A DNA stretch of 16,454 nucleotides, from NCBI GenBank assembly GCA_018238625.1, contig JABCSY010000092.1, positions 1-16,454 of the forward strand, read 5' to 3'. This document shows positions 8,501-14,980 of this stretch, one piece after another. The notes beneath the pieces are model-generated. The model was not told the origin of the DNA, did not search any database, and saw only the letters and a program-made list of their open reading frames with translations. Source of the stretch: Promethearchaeota archaeon (GTDB lineage Archaea > Asgardarchaeota > Lokiarchaeia > Sigyniarchaeales > SOKP01). Both the position numbers and the translations under genes were made by a program. Numbering within the stretch: the stretch's first letter is position 1; every line of letters starts with the position of its first letter.

Positions 8501-9315
8501 TTAATTAGAATTGTTTTCTTGACCGATAAGTGCCGCTCCGATCGCTCCAGTCAGTTGCGGGTGCGTTGGACATTCGATTCCATATCCAAGTTCGTCCTCT
8601 AAATACTTTTTTACGGCTGGGTTTTTAGCGACTCCACCACAAAAAATTAATTTAGGTCCTACTCCAATACGTTTTGCCATTCCGGCAACTCTTCTTGCAA
8701 TTGATTTGTGTATGCCGCTTGCAATCTCTTCTTTAGAAGCACCTCTCGCGAATAAACTTATTACTTCGCTTTCTGCGAAAACTGTACATGTTGAACTTAT
8801 TGAAGCTGACTTGTTAGATCGCAAGGCTAAATCTCCAAATTGATCAATTGGAACTTCCAACGCGTGAGCCATAACTTCAAGGAAACGTCCTGTTCCAGCA
8901 GCACATTTTGACTATGCTAAAGAAATTTTAGCAATTTTTATTTATCATTCATCTGAAAGTCAATGACATTCCCCGTTTTCGCAGACATCACAATTGCTTT
9001 GGAGTCTTGACCACCTATATCAATAACTGAGTGGGCATCTGGAAAGAAAAATTGCACACCCTTAGCGTGAGCTGTAATTTCAGTCACTCGATCGTCTGCT
9101 ATGTCTATTGTGTTTCGCCCGTAACCAGTACTCATAAGGTGTACATCTTCCTTCTTCAAATTATGTTTATTTAATAGTTCATTAAATAAATTATGTCCAA
9201 TTCTTTTGAAATCATATGTGGATCTTTCTGTTCTGTGATCAATTAACTTCCCATCACTAATAAGAGCAACTTTTGTCGCCAAAGAACCAATATCTATACC
9301 AATAAAATTCTTCAT
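8501..9315 (-). CDS. hgdC: 2-hydroxyacyl-CoA dehydratase activator (HgdC/FldI; BadF/BadG/BcrA/BcrD ASKHA ATPase with [4Fe-4S]); join(9315..8942, 8906..8501), 259 aa after removing a 35-nt insert
   Basis: Exon 1 has GIDIGS, STGYGR, EITAHAKG, IDIGGQDSK and DFQMNDK. After the insert the sequence resumes with CAAGTGRFLEVMAHALE, SSTCTVFAESE, GGVAKN and GAIGAAL. The track ORFs 8938..9315 and 8501..8872 are two halves of one gene. Confidence 0.92.
8907..8941 (-). other. Candidate 35-nt bulge-helix-bulge (BHB) mRNA intron
   Basis: mRNA reads UGAU-AA^A-UA-AAAAU-UGCUAAA-AUUUC-UUUAGCA-UA-GUCA-AA^A-UGU. The 4-bp helix UGAU/GUCA is flanked by two 3-nt AAA bulges. Cutting after the second nucleotide of each bulge rejoins GAU AAA UGU (D-K-C) in frame. 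Confidence 0.8.
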
Positions 9316-9408
9316 TTTAAATCAAAATTTTTTTTTAATAAAAAATATAATTTTATTATTAAAATTTTTTAAAAAATTTTAAATTTTCGATTAAACCAAA
9401 TAAATTTT

Positions 9409-10137
9409 TTAACCTAATAGAAAAATTGAAACTATTATAGTTAGACCAAAAGCGACTAACATTTGAAGAACATTTTTCCATAATGATTCTCGAGAAATGA
9501 AACCTACAAAAATGCCTAGAAGAACAATGCATACAAAAATAATTAAAAAAGAAAAGATGAAAAAATTAAACCCTGCTTTTATAGTAAAAAAAAACGGAAT
9601 TAATGGAACGATTCCACCTAAAAGCGGCGCACATCCATTTACTAGCGATACAATTATGCTTGCAAATCTTTCTGCTTTTTCTTGTAGTGTCTTTGCTTTC
9701 CTTCTCTTATAATTTGATTTTTTTAAATTTAATTTTTTTCTTCGATTTTTATCATTAAAATTAACCGTTAACATTGCTTTCTCGATTTCTTGGTCTTCTA
9801 ATAACTTATCCTCCTCTTCTTTTTCTTTTTCTTCCTCTTCCGACATTATTACCATGGCCTTATCTAACTCTGATTTTAATCTCTTCTGTTCTGCTTTTTC
9901 AGATATGTACGAACCACTTAATCCTGACATGAACATTGAAATTGATGTTGCAAACCCAGTTAATATTACGATATGACTATCTACTGTTTGTTGTCCTTCT
10001 TTAAATATTAGTATAAAAAATCCTAATAAAATGCCTAAAATAGTTAACATTCCGTCGTAAAAGTTATTTACAAAATAACGGCGGGCAATCGATTCAAAAT
10101 CAGTAATTTTCGCGTATGTTTTAAATTTTTTTATCAT
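9409..10137 (-). CDS. VIT1/CCC1 family membrane protein (archaeal type), paralog 1
   Basis: RRYFVNNFYDGMLTILG, SGSYISEKAE and GGIVPLIPFFF motifs; about five hydrophobic segments with a charged cytoplasmic loop. Confidence 0.8.
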   Translation of the reverse strand: MIKKFKTYAKITDFESIARRYFVNNFYDGMLTILGILLGFFILIFKEGQQTVDSHIVILTGFATSISMFMSGLSGSYISEKAEQKRLKSELDKAMVIMSEEEEKEKEEEDKLLEDQEIEKAMLTVNFNDKNRRKKLNLKKSNYKRRKAKTLQEKAERFASIIVSLVNGCAPLLGGIVPLIPFFFTIKAGFNFFIFSFLIIFVCIVLLGIFVGFISRESLWKNVLQMLVAFGLTIIVSIFLLG

Positions 10138-10259
10138 TTTAATTTAACTTTAATCAGATTAAATAGAATTGTTATAGTCCTTAAATAATATTTTTTTATA
10201 AGTTTTTTTTTGAAATATTACTTCTATTAATTACAATTTTATTTTAGTTGAAGGTCATA

Positions 10260-11060
10260 TCAAGCAGGAATTATTAATTGTAGCAATAAAGAAACAAGTA
10301 ACGTCGTAATTCCCGCTGTAACTAAATGAATCGCGTACTTAGCATGTCCCCCGCCAGAGATTTTTCCTAAAAATATACCTAAATAAATCAATATAACTAC
10401 CAAAACAGCATAAGCAATATAAAAATGAAGTATCGATAAAGCATCTCCAAAGAAAAACGGAATCAATGGAAGGATCGATCCTAAAACAGGAGCGCCCCCA
10501 TCGACTAAAGACGCGACTATGGTGGCAAATCTTTCTGATTGTTCGATTATTGATTTATTATTTTTTCTTTTTTTTTTCTTTAGATTACCCTTCAAAGAAA
10601 TTTTATTATTATTATTAGTATGATTTAAATTTATGGGAGTAACCATTGCTTTTTGAATCTCTTGTTCTTCTAAAATTTCTTTCTCATGGTTATTTCGGCC
10701 ATTGTTCTCTTTATTATTATTATTCAGTTTTTCTTCCTCTTCTTCTTTTTTTTTAAAAATTACCATTTCTTTTTTTAGATCAATCATTTTTTTCTTTCTT
10801 TCGGCCTCTTCAGAGAGAAACGCGCCCCATAAACCACTAATACCAATTGCTAAAGCAGTGGAAAACCCAGTTATTATAATAATAGCTGAAGTTAACTTTT
10901 GAGGATTTGAAAGAAATATGATGAAACATCCGCTAACTATTCCCGCACAAGTTAAAGCTCCGTCAAAGCAGTTATTAAAAAATTTACGGCGAACTATTAT
11001 TCCCAAATTAGACAGTTCAGAATATTTACGCCATTTCTTGGTTAAATCTTTTAGACTCAT
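10260..11060 (-). CDS. VIT1/CCC1 family membrane protein (archaeal type), paralog 2
   Basis: RRKFFNNCFDGALT, GISGLWGAFLSEEAE, LVDGGAP, LPLIPFFF and LGIFLGKIS; clearly paralogous to 9409..10137. Confidence 0.8.
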   Translation of the reverse strand: MSLKDLTKKWRKYSELSNLGIIVRRKFFNNCFDGALTCAGIVSGCFIIFLSNPQKLTSAIIIITGFSTALAIGISGLWGAFLSEEAERKKKMIDLKKEMVIFKKKEEEEEKLNNNNKENNGRNNHEKEILEEQEIQKAMVTPINLNHTNNNNKISLKGNLKKKKRKNNKSIIEQSERFATIVASLVDGGAPVLGSILPLIPFFFGDALSILHFYIAYAVLVVILIYLGIFLGKISGGGHAKYAIHLVTAGITTLLVSLLLQLIIPA

Positions 11061-11250
11061 TTTATCTAATCTCTTATGTTAAATAACCTATACTTCTATA
11101 TTAATTTTAAGGGAGAATCTATAATAATCCATATAAATATTTGATGCTGTTAATCTTTTTGATTTAAATTTCAGTAAAAACTGATGTTTTTATTTATTTA
11201 ATCATATAATATTCATAGAATATTAAAAATTATGAAATTGAATACTAATT

Positions 11251-11892
11251 ATGACAAACAGAAAAATTAAAGAAGAAATAATTTCCTTACTCATAGATCA
11301 TGTTCGGATTGTTTACTCTATTATTAGCGACATGGGTGTCTATTACACCACTTGGGCAGAAGACTTTAAGGCAAATAAAAAAAGCTTAGAAAAGAAAAAA
11401 AGTAAAATGCAATTATCAGAAGAAGAAGGTGACGAGATAAAAATTCGCTTAATACAGAACTTTTCAGAGGCAGAAGCTTTTAATCTCGGAGATTACGTAG
11501 CACTAGTGTTGAAGATGGATAATGTTATAAATTATCCCCTCGAATTTGTCGATATGTTAACAAAAATTAGCCTAACTGGTAAAAGTGCTGACGAGATTAA
11601 GAAAAAATATCATAAGTTGATAAACCAAATTATGGAAATGACTAGTATCTTGAAAACAGCCATAAAAAACTTAAGGGATAATCCGGATAAAGTCTTTGAT
11701 AACACAACTACAATTCATGAACTTGAATCTGAAATCGATAGAACTTACAGGCAATTTCTTGAGTTTTTATATTCTAATGTTGAAGACATAAGAACTTTAC
11801 TGCGTATTAGGGATAGTATTGTGCTACTGGAGCAAATGGCCGACAGAATCCACGATATTGCTGATGTAATGAGAGTTTTGCTATATCAATAA
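11251..11892 (+). CDS. DUF47 / PhoU-like helical-bundle protein (putative transport regulator)
   Basis: Two-repeat helical pattern with EEEGDEIK, MDNVIN, IHELESEIDRTYR and LEQMADRIHDIAD acidic motifs; 213 aa, a typical length for this family. Confidence 0.8.
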   Translation: MTNRKIKEEIISLLIDHVRIVYSIISDMGVYYTTWAEDFKANKKSLEKKKSKMQLSEEEGDEIKIRLIQNFSEAEAFNLGDYVALVLKMDNVINYPLEFVDMLTKISLTGKSADEIKKKYHKLINQIMEMTSILKTAIKNLRDNPDKVFDNTTTIHELESEIDRTYRQFLEFLYSNVEDIRTLLRIRDSIVLLEQMADRIHDIADVMRVLLYQ

Positions 11893-12087
11893 ATATATCT
11901 CACCCTATATTACATCAAATTCTTTCTTTTTCAAACTAAACATCCTATTCTTTCTTAAAAATGAAACAGCTCAATATTTTTTAACAAAATCCTTAAAACC
12001 ATAAAAAATATGGAAAAACTTATACACATTTTTACGTTATTCTATTTAAAATAACTCTAGAGTTAAAATATAGTACAAGTACAAGTT

Positions 12088-12459
12088 GTGAATATTATGA
12101 AGGGAAAAATGAAATTTTATTCATTGTTAGGATTTTTCCAATTAGTGCTTATACTGATTGTGTTTTTTAGCGTAGATGGAATTATCACTATGGTTGCAGC
12201 ACAAACAGAGAGTTTTGATTACTATAATTCTCCAACAGCCGCGATTTTAGCGATTTCAGCAGCAATCTCCCTCTCAGCATCAGTCTTAGCAAGTGCAATC
12301 GCTTTAAAAACGGTCGGTACCGCAGCAATCTCCTCTCTATCCGAAAGAGAAGAAAGTTTCTTTAAATCATTTTTAGTCGTTGCTTTATGTGAGGCCTTGG
12401 CCGTGTACGGGCTAATTGTAGCAATCCTTTTGTGGACAAAAATTCCTTCGCCAGCATAA
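12088..12459 (+). CDS. atpK: A/V-type ATP synthase proteolipid subunit K (c), single hairpin with N-terminal hydrophobic extension
   Basis: C-terminal hairpin ...VGTAAISSLSEREESFFKSFLVVALCEALAVYGLIVAILL carries the ion-binding Glu; first gene of the ATPase cluster. The start could be GTG 12088, ATG 12097 or ATG 12109. Confidence 0.88.
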   Translation: MNIMKGKMKFYSLLGFFQLVLILIVFFSVDGIITMVAAQTESFDYYNSPTAAILAISAAISLSASVLASAIALKTVGTAAISSLSEREESFFKSFLVVALCEALAVYGLIVAILLWTKIPSPA

Positions 12460-12483
12460 AATCGTTAAGAAGGTGTTTATTTT

Positions 12484-13545
12484 ACGAGTGAGATTATTCC
12501 GTCCTATGCTTACACATATATCAAGGTTGATTACTTAAAACCATTAATTATTGATGATGACACTTTACTAAAACTTAAAGAAATCTACGATATTGATGAT
12601 TTCATGGAATCTCTTAGACCTTATTATCCTAATTTAGATTTCAAAGAAAACACTATTGAAGATATTGAAGTAGCTCTTAAAAATAATTATATTAAGCTAA
12701 TTGGTAAAATCTTACATTACTCGCCTCAAAACATGAGAATATTCTTAAGAAATTATCTCCTATCTTATGAAATACAAAATCTCAAACAAATAATCATCAG
12801 TTTAATTTTAGGAATTAATCAAGAAGAAAAAAGAAAGCGCATTAATTTTTTAGTTGAAGAATATTTAGATAACACGGAATTCATCGAGGAATTGCTTAAA
12901 TTTACTTCTTTAGATGAAATACAATTATTTCTTAAAAGAACTAAATATAATATAGCTATTAGAGAAGGGATTCTTTACTTTAAGAAAAATAAAGAAATCT
13001 TTATTCTGGAAGCTTTTTTAGATCAATTTTATTATAAGCAACTTAACGTACAACTGGCAAATTTAAATAAAAAAGAAAAAACAATGATATCGTTGTTTGT
13101 GAAATATAAAACTGAAATTTACAATATAAATATGATTTTTAGGGGAATAAAAAATAATATTGATCGAAAATTATTATCTCAATTTCTTGTAGATAGTTAT
13201 TTATTCCTAAATGAAAGTAAATTAGATCGTTTGTTAAATCTTGATAATCTTGATGAATTTATATCAGTTATAGAAGAATATTTGAAGAACATTAAGGAAA
13301 TAAAACCATTTTTTATCAAGCTAAGAATTAATCAAAAACACTTAATTAGGTCAATTGAACAATTTTATATATCTTATTATTTTAAGAATTTTGAGATTAA
13401 AATTGACGACATTGATTTTTTCACCATATATAAAATTTTAGAAATACTTATAAAAAAACAAAAAGAAATAAAATTTCATATTTTGCCAAAAGTAGTTAAA
13501 ATTCTCCACTATAAGTTTAAAAAGTTAAAAACGCAGAATTTTTAA
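12484..13545 (+). CDS. atpC: A/V-type ATP synthase subunit C (d); probable start at ACG 12484 (track start ATG 12604)
   Basis: YEIQNLK, LEAFLDQFYY and EIYNINMIFRG motifs. The frame is open upstream of 12604 back to TAA 12466 and encodes SEIIPSYAYTYIKVDYLKPLIIDDDTLLKL, resembling the usual subunit C N-terminus. Confidence 0.8.
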   Translation, partial: TSEIIPSYAYTYIKVDYLKPLIIDDDTLLKLKEIYDIDDFMESLRPYYPNLDFKENTIEDIEVALKNNYIKLIGKILHYSPQNMRIFLRNYLLSYEIQNLKQIIISLILGINQEEKRKRINFLVEEYLDNTEFIEELLKFTSLDEIQLFLKRTKYNIAIREGILYFKKNKEIFILEAFLDQFYYKQLNVQLANLNKKEKTMISLFVKYKTEIYNINMIFRGIKNNIDRKLLSQFLVDSYLFLNESKLDRLLNLDNLDEFISVIEEYLKNIKEIKPFFIKLRINQKHLIRSIEQFYISYYFKNFEIKIDDIDFFTIYKILEILIKKQKEIKFHILPKVVKILHYKFKKLKTQNF

Positions 13546-13597
13546 AGTTAAATATGAAATAAAATATTTAATAAACAATAAAATAGGAGTTGTAATA

Positions 13598-13909
13598 ATG
13601 CCAATTTTCAAATGGGTTGAAGAAATTGAAAATATTTATGATGATTTGATTGAAAACGCTAAAAAAGAAAGTTTAGAAGACATTGAAAAATTAAAGGCTT
13701 CATTAGAAAAAGAAATGGAAAAAAAAAATCAAAATAATCAGGAGATTATTAATTCTACCTTAGCAACTCTTTCAAAAGAAGTTAATGAGAAATCGTCAAA
13801 ATTTGGAGAGTCAATATCTAAATTAAATAGCAAAATAGAAAAAAATTTTTATGAAAATAAGGAAGAACTAATGATTTTAATATTTGATAAATTAGGATTT
13901 GATTTTTAA
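13598..13909 (+). CDS. Coiled-coil protein, probable ATP synthase peripheral stalk subunit H/G
   Basis: 103 aa, E/K-rich and helical (IEEIENIYDDLIENAKKES-type N-terminus: WVEEIENIYDDLIENAKKES), located inside the ATPase operon, with GGAG upstream at 13586-13589. Confidence 0.6.
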   Translation: MPIFKWVEEIENIYDDLIENAKKESLEDIEKLKASLEKEMEKKNQNNQEIINSTLATLSKEVNEKSSKFGESISKLNSKIEKNFYENKEELMILIFDKLGFDF

Positions 13910-14226
13910 TGCCGGATAAAAAAATACATGTATTGGGCTATGATGAGGTGGTATTGTTGTTCGGTTTATTAGGAATCGAAGGAACGATAATTGAACATAA
14001 TGAAGATTTTTTAAAAATTTTTAAAAATTTAATAAAAAAAACTTCTGTTGCTCTGATAATTATATGCATGGATTTATCAGAAGAAATTCTCGAATTTCTA
14101 ACAGATTTTAAAATAAATAATAGGACGCCATTTGTATATTTATTACCAGATATTTTTCAACAAGATATAAAGAATCAAGATAAGATATTTAACAAAATTC
14201 ACGAATTAATAGAAGAAATTATATAA
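13909..14226 (+). CDS. atpF: A/V-type ATP synthase subunit F
   Basis: KIHVLGYDEVVLLFGLLGIEG, VALIII and PFVYLLPD match subunit F; TAATG overlap with the upstream gene. Confidence 0.88.
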   Translation: MPDKKIHVLGYDEVVLLFGLLGIEGTIIEHNEDFLKIFKNLIKKTSVALIIICMDLSEEILEFLTDFKINNRTPFVYLLPDIFQQDIKNQDKIFNKIHELIEEII

Positions 14227-14260
14227 CAAGAGATGATCGACCATTAGTGAAGGAACCGAG

Positions 14261-14980
14261 ATGAAAGAGAGGTTTGGAAAACTAAGTTTGTATTTAATAA
14301 ATCAAGCTGAAAATGAGATAAAGAAAATCAATCAACAAACCCTCTTTCAAATGGCAGAAGTTAGAAAAAAAGCTAGGGAAAGAACTTCAGAAAGCTCTTT
14401 AAAAATGAAAGCGCATTTTAACGAAACATATAATAAACTATTAAATAATTCTCTATCTTCTTATCTCTTGAAAATTAAAGAAGAAATATTGAAATCAAAA
14501 AACAAGTTAATGTTAGAACTTATTTCCGATTTAACAGACTTAATAAAAGTCAAAATAAAAAATAATTATTCGAGCTACATTAGCCTTTTACTAAAAAATC
14601 TTGAAAATATCAAGCATTTTGTGGATAAACCACCGGAGATTATCGTTCTCTTAAATTCAATAGATTTCAAATATTTTAGCAATAATATGGGAAAGATAGA
14701 AAGTATATTAAAAAATAAAGTAAGATTAATCAAGTCAAAAGAAGAGATTACTGGAGGTTTTAAGTGTGTAATTATGGCCGGACATTTATCTTACGATCAT
14801 ACGATTGAGAATCAATTAAAAAAGAGCGCATCGATTATAGAAATTGAGTTTTCAAAGATTTTTTCTGACTCCGAGCCTGATATTAGAGCTCTAGAAAATA
14901 ATTATATACAATTTATCCAAAATCAAAAATTAGCTGTAAACGCACTAAAAATACAGAAACTTCAATATGAGAAAATCTAA
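14261..14980 (+). CDS. atpE: A/V-type ATP synthase subunit E
   Basis: N-terminal coiled coil (LINQAENEIKKI), followed by IIVLLNSID, ITGGFKC and YDHTIENQL motifs of subunit E. Confidence 0.85.
   Translation: MKERFGKLSLYLINQAENEIKKINQQTLFQMAEVRKKARERTSESSLKMKAHFNETYNKLLNNSLSSYLLKIKEEILKSKNKLMLELISDLTDLIKVKIKNNYSSYISLLLKNLENIKHFVDKPPEIIVLLNSIDFKYFSNNMGKIESILKNKVRLIKSKEEITGGFKCVIMAGHLSYDHTIENQLKKSASIIEIEFSKIFSDSEPDIRALENNYIQFIQNQKLAVNALKIQKLQYEKI

Noticed and set aside
8938-8940. Stop-codon readthrough (selenocysteine or pyrrolysine) at the Cys position
   Set aside because: The stop is TAA, not TGA or TAG, and the downstream half is in a different frame.
8905-8943. MITE or transposon footprint with an AAAT target-site duplication
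   Set aside because: AAAT does occur at both junctions, but the inverted repeat is internal rather than terminal and no transposase is nearby. The duplication is explained by the two AAA bulges. It is not formally excluded as the insert's origin.
8501-9315. Two separate genes (BcrA/BcrD-like split) or a pseudogene
   Set aside because: The downstream track ORF starts at Met 8872 and would omit CAAGTGRFLEV, including an Fe-S cysteine, which is intact in frame just upstream. No other lesions are visible and the insert has exact BHB geometry.
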